A stretch of DNA of 64,000 bases. Origin: a virus (lineage: Duplodnaviria > Caudoviricetes). The stretch lies in the IMG/VR virus record IMGVR_UViG_3300048998_000202; one strand, 5' to 3'. This document shows positions 26,814-36,300 of this stretch, one piece after another; the stretch's first letter is position 1, and each line of letters begins with the position of its first letter. Made by a program: the position numbers and the translations under genes. A model generated the notes under the pieces. It did no database searches, was not told the origin of the DNA, and saw only the letters and a list, made by a program, of their open reading frames with translations.

Positions 26814-27503
26814 TTACCCCTCAGAGTGAGCCGTTTCAAGCGCCTTGGGCCTCGGCGACTGCCGATTCCCCGTCATCATGGCCTTGAGCACAGGGTTTTG
26901 GGTCAGAGCCTGCCCATATGCCTGGAGACTCTCCGGCGGGATGAACCGTGCCGCGACCTCCATGTACGCCACGAGCGCTTCCTGCCACGCTGCCGCATCC
27001 AGACCCTCCTCGGAGGTGGACTCGATCGCGTGCTGCATGCGGATCGCGATCAGCAACTCCGACATGGACGGGTGGAGTTCCCCCCGGGCCAGCCGGTCCA
27101 TGCCTCGCTGAATGATGACCTCGTTGACCGTGGCGTAGTTCGCCAGCCCGGCCGTGTGATTCTCGATGTCCCGGCCGATGGCCTTGGCCCGCTCTTCGAC
27201 CAGCGCCCGCTCGGCCGTGGGCCCCAACGGCATGTGGTTCTTCAGAACATGGTCACGGATGGACTGATGCCCCGGATTGGGCAGCCGTCCCGGTTCCCGG
27301 TCTAGCAGAGCGTTGGCGATGCTCATGTAACTGTGCTGTTCCAGGATCGCCTGCTCGATCTCCAGTCGGTACGGAGACATGCAGGTGCGGCACTGGGTCA
27401 CCGTACGCATCGGATACTGACGGCCACCGATGTCGACCATCACCACGGAACCCGGGCGTCGGTGGGCGCCCGGGGCTGCCGGGTTGGTGTCCTCAATATC
27501 CAT
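26814..27503 (-). CDS. Zn-binding/HTH protein, possible terminase small subunit
   Basis: CRTC..R..IE..I...SY..IA...SIRDH...H then helical region; near terL. Confidence 0.5.
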   Translation of the reverse strand: MDIEDTNPAAPGAHRRPGSVVMVDIGGRQYPMRTVTQCRTCMSPYRLEIEQAILEQHSYMSIANALLDREPGRLPNPGHQSIRDHVLKNHMPLGPTAERALVEERAKAIGRDIENHTAGLANYATVNEVIIQRGMDRLARGELHPSMSELLIAIRMQHAIESTSEEGLDAAAWQEALVAYMEVAARFIPPESLQAYGQALTQNPVLKAMMTGNRQSPRPKALETAHSEG

Positions 27504-27990
27504 CGCGAATCCTTATGACTTGGTAGTGCCCGCTCTCAGGCGTCTGGCTGAAGACCGACCCGCAACGACAGGTCACTTCCAGTTCAGTGGACCTCAGATA
27601 CTTCGCGCAGATAGGGCACTTGATGCGGGCCTGCTGGCCCCAGTACACGCGCAGGTCGTAGGTGGCGCCGACCTCAACCTCGGATGCGCTGTGATGGAAG
27701 TGCGGATCGGCTCCAGTGCGGAGGTCGGCGGGCAGAGGGACCTTGCCCTCGACGCTGTTCAAATGCGGGTGGGTCGAATTCCACGCCCGGTGGTACATGC
27801 CACGTCGCGATGCCGCGTCCGGCGCCCCAGCCTCCGTATAGACCTCCCGGCGACGCCGGTCCATCTCCTTCCAGGGGGTCAGGATGTCCGACTTCTCGGT
27901 CATCGAGGTCACCCCCTCCAGAGACTCGCGGATCAGTTCCGTCGCCGCGTCGTCCAGGGTCGGATGCACGCCTGAGTGGAGTTGCCCCAT
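27493..27990 (-). CDS. hypothetical protein with C-terminal zinc ribbon
   Basis: CPIC...CRCG. Confidence 0.65.
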   Translation of the reverse strand: MGQLHSGVHPTLDDAATELIRESLEGVTSMTEKSDILTPWKEMDRRRREVYTEAGAPDAASRRGMYHRAWNSTHPHLNSVEGKVPLPADLRTGADPHFHHSASEVEVGATYDLRVYWGQQARIKCPICAKYLRSTELEVTCRCGSVFSQTPESGHYQVIRIRDGY

Positions 27991-28342
27991 GGCCGTCCTC
28001 TGCTGTGTCTGTCCGGAAGCGGGGGAGCTTCCCTTCCGCGATCATCTCCAAGATGCGCTTGAGTCCGTGCGCGGCATAAGAGGCAACTGGGTTGGATTCA
28101 GACACGCCCATGAGCCGGGCGACGTCCTTCTCCTTGATGTTCTGCACCAAGAACAGCTCTATGGACTGCCGTTGACGAGGACTCAGGTGTATTCGGGCGG
28201 CATACAGGTACTCGATGTCATGCAGCGAGTAGGCGACGCCATCGGGGCCGTGAACGGTGTCTACGTGCTCGCTCTCGTAGAGCGACCGGAAAGCTTCGAG
28301 GTTCTTGAAGAGAGACCTCAGCACACCAACCGTCAACGTCAA
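27674..28342 (-). CDS. sigma-70 region-4-like HTH protein (possible phage sigma factor/activator)
   Basis: LSPRQRQSIEL......EKDVARLMGVS; last ~105 codons overlap the next gene. Confidence 0.7.
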   Translation of the reverse strand: MTLTVGVLRSLFKNLEAFRSLYESEHVDTVHGPDGVAYSLHDIEYLYAARIHLSPRQRQSIELFLVQNIKEKDVARLMGVSESNPVASYAAHGLKRILEMIAEGKLPRFRTDTAEDGHGATPLRRASDPGRRGDGTDPRVSGGGDLDDREVGHPDPLEGDGPASPGGLYGGWGAGRGIATWHVPPGVEFDPPAFEQRRGQGPSARRPPHWSRSALPSQRIRG

Positions 28343-28516
28343 GTACCCACGGGTGCCCTTCTCCGACTGCTCCGAAGCTGCCCCTGTAGTCGGGGCGATG
28401 GGATAACCATCAAATATGAGCCTAGAGGATCAACGTTCAACTGCCAACAAACCCTGGGGTAGAACCCCAGGGTTGTGGCTGACCTGCAATATTTAGTTGC
28501 CCAACGTGACTGCGGG

Positions 28517-29197
28517 TCACGCAGACAGGACATCCTTCAAGCGCTGGGACAGCAAGCTCATACTGCGCGTCACCGCATCGGCCTTCCGCGACAGCAACGC
28601 CTGGAATACGGCGAACAGCCGCTCGTCCCGGGAGGCCAGTCGTCCGGCCTGGGTCCGGTCCTCCACGGTCTTACCGCCGACCGTTCGGGAGTCCTGATAG
28701 CCCCGAGCCAACGCCTGCTCCCAGACGGCCTTGGCGAACATCGCGTCCCCCCACAGCCGGGAGGACTGCTGCTCCCACTCGAAGAGCTGGGTCGTGATCT
28801 TGAAGAGGAAGTGCTCGACCTCCTTGGTGCCCAGTTTGGTGTAGTCCTCCACGAACGAACCGGTCTCGGTCCGGGCCCAGATGGTGAAGCCGTGGACGTC
28901 AGTGGCGATCTCCCCTCCGGGCAGCATGTGCGGCTCCCGGACGATGTCGAAGATCTCGTTCATGACCTGGTAGGCCCCGGCGAACCGGTGGAGCATCTCC
29001 CGCTCCACCACGGCGTGGATGCCCTCCATGGCCTCGGCGTCCTCCGGCAGCCACGTCATGCGCATCCGGGACAGGCCGGTCCGGGAGAACTCCTGGGTAC
29101 GGTCATCGTGGGGATCCACCTCCGCAAGGCGATCGGCCTCCACGGACTCCTCGCGTATGACGCGGTCTTCGGACCGGTCCTCCGGTTCCTCGCTCAC
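28517..29197 (-). CDS. conserved hypothetical protein
   Basis: GGAGGAG RBS, GTG 29197. Confidence 0.8.
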   Translation of the reverse strand: MSEEPEDRSEDRVIREESVEADRLAEVDPHDDRTQEFSRTGLSRMRMTWLPEDAEAMEGIHAVVEREMLHRFAGAYQVMNEIFDIVREPHMLPGGEIATDVHGFTIWARTETGSFVEDYTKLGTKEVEHFLFKITTQLFEWEQQSSRLWGDAMFAKAVWEQALARGYQDSRTVGGKTVEDRTQAGRLASRDERLFAVFQALLSRKADAVTRSMSLLSQRLKDVLSA

Positions 29198-29817
29198 TTC
29201 TCCTCCAAACGCAGGTGCCTGAGGCCGACGAAGACGGCGTCCCGGACGTGTTCCGTCCACACACCGGCACCGGTCGGATGCTCACAGATGAGGTCCTCCA
29301 CCAGTGCGGAGGAGACGGCTTTGGGAGCATGCCGATCTCCGCACAACAGGGCACCGGCGGCCTGTCGGGAAACGAAGTCCGGCTGCTCTCGGCCCATGCG
29401 GTCCAGCTCCACACAGATGGTCACGGCGGCCACGAGCGAGGACTCCGTCCGATAGCCGACGACAGAGGGAAGTTCCAGAACCACTTCGTCGAACATGCTG
29501 TACTGCTTGCTGAGTACGACACCGATCTGCCGGGACAAGAACACGGCCTTGGCGAAGGTGGCCTCGAAGCCCTTCGCCCCACTGGCCGTAGGCGGCCGGA
29601 TAGTGCCCGACGCCGAAACCGTCAGATCCCCGGAATAGGTGTCCAGCATCGCCCAACCGCAGTTGCTCAGCGTCTGGTCGAAACACAGCACCGTCCGATT
29701 GGGCCGGAAGTCCCCCACCTGCGACGGCCGGAAGGCCGGAGGGGTCTTCTTGGATTTTCCCTCGGCGACTTTCTCGCGTATACGGCGGAGGATCTCCTCC
29801 GCCAATTCCTGACTCAT
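29194..29817 (-). CDS. ruvC: RuvC-like Holliday junction resolvase
   Basis: VLCFDQTLSNCGW, VVLE, HVRDA motifs. Confidence 0.75.
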   Translation of the reverse strand: MSQELAEEILRRIREKVAEGKSKKTPPAFRPSQVGDFRPNRTVLCFDQTLSNCGWAMLDTYSGDLTVSASGTIRPPTASGAKGFEATFAKAVFLSRQIGVVLSKQYSMFDEVVLELPSVVGYRTESSLVAAVTICVELDRMGREQPDFVSRQAAGALLCGDRHAPKAVSSALVEDLICEHPTGAGVWTEHVRDAVFVGLRHLRLEEK

Positions 29818-29836
29818 GATCATCCCCCTGGCAGGA

Positions 29837-30679
29837 TCAAAAACTGCGGATCGCGCACCCGGTAGCGGGACACGACTTGGACTCTTTGCTCCCAATGGCA
29901 CAGCACTGCTCCGGAGGCATTCCGGCGGCTTCAGCCGCCCGGACGAGCCGGTACTTCGCCTCCAGGGCCACAACGTACGTGGGGTTGTACTCGACGTGGA
30001 TCTCCCGCATGACCCAGGGGAAGCCCATGCCGATGAACAGCATGATCATCATCCGCAGGCCGGACAGCGCCATGTACTCCTGCATCTGCCCGTAGTAATA
30101 CGGGTGCTTGGCCCGTAGCCACGCCAGGGTCTCCGCCTTGTCCGGACCCTCAGGGATTTTCGCGGCGGAGAAGTGGTTGATCGTCTTCAGATCGAAGCCG
30201 GTCATTCCCAGGGCGGGGGTCATGACGATGCCGTCCATATGGCCTCTCCGTCTGAGGACGGGGTCGGCCACCCCCGGTTCCCCGCATTCGTCGTCTCCCG
30301 GCCCGTACGGGCGCCCGCAGCACGGGCAGGTCCCCGTGGGAGGGATCAGCGCTCCGATGTCAGCCAGGGCCATCTGGACGATGGCGTGCTCCAACGTGCC
30401 GACGGTGACCGACATCCGGCCCTCGTATCCCCACGGTTCGGCCACCCAGCGCTGTGGCTGTGCAAGGTAGTAGTACAACTTCCGCGCGTCCATGGTCGGG
30501 TGCGTGGACGGGTGGAACCAGCCGTCGGGGTCCCGGTCGAGATTTCCTCCCGGCAAGGTGATCCGGGTGTTGCGGGGGAAGCGCCCCTCGGCCACGTACA
30601 GGCGGACGAGGGGCGCGAGCACGGCTCCCTGAGAGGCCATGTCGCCCTCGCGGGCGAACAGGTCGTCCAGGCCGGTCAC
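29837..30679 (-). CDS. Cas4/RecB-like PD-(D/E)xK exonuclease
   Basis: FHPS, GT..H, GHMDG, FDLKT, QMQEY, C-terminal Cys cluster. Confidence 0.8.
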   Translation of the reverse strand: MTGLDDLFAREGDMASQGAVLAPLVRLYVAEGRFPRNTRITLPGGNLDRDPDGWFHPSTHPTMDARKLYYYLAQPQRWVAEPWGYEGRMSVTVGTLEHAIVQMALADIGALIPPTGTCPCCGRPYGPGDDECGEPGVADPVLRRRGHMDGIVMTPALGMTGFDLKTINHFSAAKIPEGPDKAETLAWLRAKHPYYYGQMQEYMALSGLRMMIMLFIGMGFPWVMREIHVEYNPTYVVALEAKYRLVRAAEAAGMPPEQCCAIGSKESKSCPATGCAIRSF

Positions 30680-31134
30680 CGGCAGCAGCTACAGCCGCTG
30701 GAGGGCTCCTGGACGACCTCTGCGAGGTGCTGGCCGTCGACCACGGTCAGGATGTTCTGCTGAACCTCCTGGAAGAGCTCCCAGTTGCGGGCGGCGTCCA
30801 GGATCTCCACGAACTCCCGGCGCCCGATGACCACCAGGTCCAGTTCGACTTCCCGCAGGTTCTCGTCTCGGTACCACCGCAACCAGACCGTGGGGATCTT
30901 GCCGAAGGTCTGCTCGACGGCCTTCTTCCACATCTCCAGGGTGACCGATATCGACCCCTTCATCGTGGACTTGCCGTCAGCGGCCAAGGGGAACGGCGTT
31001 GACTTCTCCCCGTTGACCGCGTCCATCTGGGACTGCCACTGAGAGCCGGACGCCTTCTGCTGGACTCCCCCGATCCACTCGGCGATGTCCGCCTCGTGCC
31101 GGTCGCCCATCTGCTGGCGTTTGGTCCTGGTCAC
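30676..31134 (-). CDS. PD-(D/E)xK Holliday-junction-resolvase-like nuclease
   Basis: HE..IA...G....ASG...D....DGKST. Confidence 0.7.
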   Translation of the reverse strand: MTRTKRQQMGDRHEADIAEWIGGVQQKASGSQWQSQMDAVNGEKSTPFPLAADGKSTMKGSISVTLEMWKKAVEQTFGKIPTVWLRWYRDENLREVELDLVVIGRREFVEILDAARNWELFQEVQQNILTVVDGQHLAEVVQEPSSGCSCCR

Positions 31135-31490
31135 AGGTGCTCCTTGACGGTCTCGCAGTAAACGGCGACGTGCAGTATTCCCATGGGCCCGGTCTCGGGC
31201 CACAGAAGCACCCGTTCGCCAAGATGGACCTGACGCCTGTGGCAGATGCATCGCCTGCCCACCCCGGCCAAATCCGGGTCGTACGCCTCCCACTGCGGCG
31301 TCAGGGATTCCACGACGTGCTGAGGGCGGTCCTGACGCCACTCCCGGCGCAGGATCCAGCGGCGGTACTGGCGGTAGGTGCTGGGCCCTATCAGGAGGGT
31401 GCCCAGCGCCCCCAGGAAGGCCCCTACGAAGAAGAGAGAGAAGTTGAGGAACCAGGTCATAAAGGTCAGGAAGAAAATGATGTTGTCCAT
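31131..31490 (-). CDS. membrane-anchored hypothetical protein
   Basis: N-terminal hydrophobic stretch. Confidence 0.65.
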   Translation of the reverse strand: MDNIIFFLTFMTWFLNFSLFFVGAFLGALGTLLIGPSTYRQYRRWILRREWRQDRPQHVVESLTPQWEAYDPDLAGVGRRCICHRRQVHLGERVLLWPETGPMGILHVAVYCETVKEHL

Positions 31491-31527
31491 GCGAGCCCCC
31501 GGTTATCCGTCTCGCCTCTGGATACCA

Positions 31528-32613
31528 CTAGCCCTCACGCTCGAACTCCACATCCAGCTCAGGAGTCAGCTCGTTGGCGATGTTCTCCAGGGACTTCTTC
31601 CGTACCTGCTCCAGGAGGGTGGAGTTCTCCCGCAGGTGCCGGATGGACGCGGGCTTGCCGTTGATCTTGGTCTTGTCCGGGAACACCCACCAGGAGCCGC
31701 TGCCGGGCACGATGGCCCCGGCCTTCACCCCGATGTCGTACGCCTCGGCGGCCATGTCGATGCCGACCTCGCCGCCGTCATGGGCGACCTTGTTGTACCA
31801 GAACTCGGCCTTGGCGCCCTGGGTACGGATCTTGCTGCGCTCCACCTTGGCGGCCACCCGGTGGGCGACTTCGATCTCGTCGGCACCGTCCTTGATCACC
31901 GTGGTGTTCTCGGCTCCGAACATCCGGCGCATCACCACAGAGTCGGTGGTCATGTAGCCCATGATCATCGGACCGGCTGCCTGGTCCATGCCGCCCTCGA
32001 AGTTCTTCCGGTACTGGTTGACGATGAAGGCGGCCGTGTTGGTCTGCCGGGCGATGGTCGCGATCTGCTTGGACATGCGGGTCAGAAGCTGCGCCGCCTT
32101 GCCCATGGTGGACTCGGACGCAGTCTTGTCGTACAGGGCGTCCTCACGCTCCATGGCGCCCACCGAGTCGATGGCGGCCATGGAGAACAGGCCGGTCCGG
32201 AGATCGTCCCGGAGCATGTCCGCGACCTCTTCAGCACTGTCCGGCTGCCTCCACAAGACCCGGGGGTCGTCGGGGTCCACCCCGTGGGCCAGGAAGCGCT
32301 CCTCGGTGACGGTCTTCTCCACGTCCAGGTACACCACGCCCTGCTCCGGGTAGAGCTCCAAGGCGTTGTGCATGGCGATCAGCATCATCGAGGTCTTGCA
32401 CGTGTTCGGCTGGCCGATGATCTGGTGGTAGCGGCCCCGGGCCCAGCCGCCTCCCAGGGCGAGATCCAGGCCCGTCACGCCGGAGGGGATGAAGTCGATC
32501 GGGTGCCGGGTCTCCTTGCGGACGATGCGCTCGCCGTACTTCTTCTCCTGCGCCTTGCGGTACGTCGCCAAAGAGGCGGGGGGGGTGTAGGTCTTCTTGA
32601 CCTTGGGGGGCAC
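31528..32613 (-). CDS. recA: RecA-like recombinase
   Basis: SG..GLDLALGGGWARGR, YLDVE, IDSVGA, FIVNQYR. Confidence 0.9.
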   Translation of the reverse strand: MPPKVKKTYTPPASLATYRKAQEKKYGERIVRKETRHPIDFIPSGVTGLDLALGGGWARGRYHQIIGQPNTCKTSMMLIAMHNALELYPEQGVVYLDVEKTVTEERFLAHGVDPDDPRVLWRQPDSAEEVADMLRDDLRTGLFSMAAIDSVGAMEREDALYDKTASESTMGKAAQLLTRMSKQIATIARQTNTAAFIVNQYRKNFEGGMDQAAGPMIMGYMTTDSVVMRRMFGAENTTVIKDGADEIEVAHRVAAKVERSKIRTQGAKAEFWYNKVAHDGGEVGIDMAAEAYDIGVKAGAIVPGSGSWWVFPDKTKINGKPASIRHLRENSTLLEQVRKKSLENIANELTPELDVEFEREG

Positions 32614-32622
32614 AGGATCTCC

Positions 32623-33351
32623 TCAGATTCGCATGACGGAGGTGTTGCGGACCTCGACGGAGTTGAGGCGCTTGGGGTCGGCGCTGTGGTTGATCTGCCG
32701 GGGGAGATCGGTCTCCGGCATCTCGTGGCCCATAAGATCCAACAGCGCAAGCACATCGCCGCCGACCTCGATCAGCTTCTGGCTGACGTCGTAACCCTCC
32801 TCGGATACGGCCAGGACGTAGCCCGTCTCCCAAACGACGTCCCACTCTCCGTGACGCAGGCCGTAGTGCAGGTAGATCGTCAGGATCTTCAGGTCGAGCT
32901 GGATGACGTAGGTCTCGCCATCTCTACGGAGCGAGACCGTGTATTCCCCGTCGGCGCCACGCCGACGGGCTTCCCCCTTCTGGTGGGCCAGAGCCGTCCG
33001 TACGGCCGCAGGAGCACTCTCCGGATCCGTCTCGGGGAAGTCGGGCAACTCGATCTTCTCCGCCCCGTCGGTGAGCTTCTGGCGCCGTCCGAGTTTGAAG
33101 ACCTGGATGTAGTCGGCGTAGTCGTGGGCGAGCAGCTTCTGCTTGACCCCGTCGATGGTCAGGGTGGAGCCGCAGTGCTGCCACCGTCGGCCCTGAAGCC
33201 TGTAGTGGATCGTCATACGCACGTGTTCGTTCTCGTGGTCCAGCAGCAAGCCGTTGACGTACTTGTGCACGATCGGCTGTATTCCGGTGTCCTCGATCAG
33301 GCGATCGACCATCTTCTGGATGATCGGGGGGATGAAGATCTCATCATCCAT
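32623..33351 (-). CDS. hypothetical protein
   Basis: AGGAG RBS; lies between dnaE and recA. Confidence 0.7.
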   Translation of the reverse strand: MDDEIFIPPIIQKMVDRLIEDTGIQPIVHKYVNGLLLDHENEHVRMTIHYRLQGRRWQHCGSTLTIDGVKQKLLAHDYADYIQVFKLGRRQKLTDGAEKIELPDFPETDPESAPAAVRTALAHQKGEARRRGADGEYTVSLRRDGETYVIQLDLKILTIYLHYGLRHGEWDVVWETGYVLAVSEEGYDVSQKLIEVGGDVLALLDLMGHEMPETDLPRQINHSADPKRLNSVEVRNTSVMRI

Positions 33352-36300
33352 GGATTCTCCTTGTGATCACTGGCAGGTATTCGCGAACGACCAGGCCCCG
33401 GTCGCCGTCCTGCTTTTCCAGGACGGCGAGGCAGAGCTGACCGGCGTGCAGGCCGGTCTGGATGTCGGTCCAGGTCTTGGGGAAGGCCACGGCCTCCACG
33501 GTGGAAACCTCGGTGTCGAACGACAGGAAGGCCATGTCCTCCTGAGAGGCCCGCGTCTTGGTCTTGCGTACGCCCATGAGGATCGCGGCCACGGTGTAGA
33601 ACCCCGGGCCTCCGGCCACGAGCCGTTCCGCGTCGGCGTAGTACTCCTTGCGGTCCTCCGCCGGGATCTTGTCGAAGGGGGTGCTGGACAAGAACACTCC
33701 GAGCAGCTCGTGCTCTATGGCACGCACGTCCTCGTCGGCGTACGGCTCACTGGCCGCGAGGTGGTCGACCGGGGCGGGTGCGGTGTGCTGGCGGCACGCC
33801 CTGGTGCACTTCTTCGGCAGGGCCTTCAACGGCAGCAGTTTGCCCGTTCGGGGGTTGACCGGCGGCTGCTCGGTGGTCCAGTCGAAGGTGCAGGAGTCGG
33901 GTGGAAGCTTCGCCCGCTCGGCCGCGTACTGCTTGTCGAAGGACTCCTCGTACGCCTTCCACTGCTCTTCGGACTCACCTTCCGTCCGGGGTCGGAAGAC
34001 GATCTCCTTAGGCGTGAAAGTGACCGAGTCGTCCTTGAAGACGCATCGGGTGTCCTCGCCGCTCTTGCGGCCCTCCAGGAGGGCCACCAGGCCCGCCCTG
34101 CGGGGCTCCAGGGAGTCCAGAGCTCCTATCCGCGCCAGAAGCATCTGTACGCCGGAGTTGGCCTTCGTGCCCTTCTGCGTGACGTACTCGTCGAACTGCC
34201 GGAAGTCGGCGTACATCTGGCCCGCGATCAGGTAGTCCACGGCGGTCTCGCCGATGCCCTTGATCGCGTCCAGCCCGTACCGGACCGCGAGCGGCTCAGC
34301 CTTGAATCCCTTGCCGGAGGCGTTGATGTCCGGGGGCAGGATCGTGTAGCCCGAGCGCCGGACCTCCTTGATGAACTCGGGAATGCGGTCCTTGTCGATC
34401 GTGGACAGAGCGGCCACGAAGAACTCGATCGGGTAGTGGATCTTCAGCCAGGCCGTCCAGTAGCTGATCATGCTGTAGCTGTAGGCGTGGGCCTTGTTGA
34501 AGCCGTACTTGGCGAACTCCGCGAGCTGATCCCACAGGTGCTGGGCGACCTCCCGGTCCATGCCGCCCCACTCGCGGGCTCGGTGCACGAACTCCTGGCC
34601 TGCCGGACCGATCTTCTCGATCTTCTTCTTGCCGAGGATCTTGCGGACCTCGTCGGCCTCGTCCGAGGTGTATCCGGCGAGCTGCATCAGCAGTTCCAGG
34701 ACGTGGTCCTGATAGATGGGGGCGCCCTGGGAGTCGCCCAGGATGGTCTCCATCCGGGGGTCGGCGTAGGTCACGGTCTCCAGCCCGGCCCGGCGCTGGA
34801 GGTAGGTCTCCGTCAGCCCCGACCGCATCGGGCCGGGCCGGACGATGGTGTTCATGTCGGCCAGTTCGGACATCGACTGGGGCTTCATCCGCAGAGCCAG
34901 CCGGGTCCCGGCCTTGGTCTCGATCTGGAACATGCCCAGGGTGTTGCCGTGGGAGATCTCTTCCCAGACGGTCGGGTCGGTGTACTCCTCGTCCCACCTG
35001 TAGATCTCGATGTCCACCTGACGGTTGTCCCGGATCAGGTCCACAGCCATCTGGACGGTGTCCAGGGTTCTGATCGTCAGGATGTCGAACTTGACCAGGC
35101 CCATAGCCTCTAGGGCGACCATGTCGAACTGGGAGACCATCTGGCCGCCCTCGCCGCCCATGAGCGGGAGCCATCCGGTCAGCGGCCGGTCGGTGGAGAT
35201 CACGACGCCTGCGGCGTGCTTGCCGTACGACTTCAGTCGGCCGACCAGTTTGTCCGCCATGGCGAAGAGCTCGGGGTATTTCTGGCGGTAGGGGTTGAGA
35301 TCCTCGCCGAACTGCACCCACAGGTCGTCCCAGGCCATGCCGAGTCCGGCCGTTCCTGCTTCCGCCCCTTCGATGATCTTCGAGACGGCGGCCAGGTCCT
35401 TGTGGATCTCCGCCTTACGGGCGGTCAGTCGCTCTTGCGCCGCATGGCTCCAGGACTCGGTCCCGAAAGAGAATCCGCCTTCGGCCGGTCCGTTCTGGAG
35501 AGCGTCCTGTTCGGGCTTGGTCAGTTCGCCCATCATGGCCCGGCCGAGGTTCTGCACGATGCCCTTGGACTTCAGTCGCAGATGGGTGCCGATCTGGATG
35601 ACGTAGTCGGCGCCGTACTTCTCGACGAGATAGCCGATCATCACGTCCTTCTTCGACGCGGGGAAGTCCACGTCGAAGTCGGGCAGGGAGGTGCGGCCCT
35701 CGGTCATGAAGCGTTCGAAAGGCAGCCGCGCCTCGATCGGGTCCACTTCGGTGATGTCGGAGAGGTAGGCCACCAGGGATCCGGCACCGGATCCCCGGCC
35801 GGGGCCGACGAGGATGCCGCCGTCCTTGGCGAAGCGGCAGTAGTCGGCCACCATCAGGAAGTAGCCCGTGAAGCCCTTGGTCTTGAGCAGCGCGAACTCC
35901 CGCTCGAAGCGGGCCATGTAGGAGTCCTGGTCCGGCTTGGAACTGATCTTGTCCCAGTTTTCGATGCACAGGTCCAGCAACCGTTCGACGTCCTTGTCCG
36001 CGCCGCCCTTCTTGGAGTAGACCGGCGCGGTGGGCTTGCCCCCGATCCGGGCGTCCGTCCGGGAGATCAGGTCCAGCGTGCTCTTGACGGCTTCGTCGGC
36101 GGCGTCGGCACCGAGGTAGGCCAGGCCCCGTCGGACGTCGGCCTCGGACTGCATGTACAGGTCCAGGTTGACCGAGAAGAGATCCCCCTCGTCCTCCTGG
36201 TCGTCGTCCTTGTTGATCTGGACGGCGATCCACGCCTGGTGGGCCGCGTGGTCGTCCTTGGTCGGGTAGTGGGAGTCCACGGTGGCCATGAGCGGCACGC

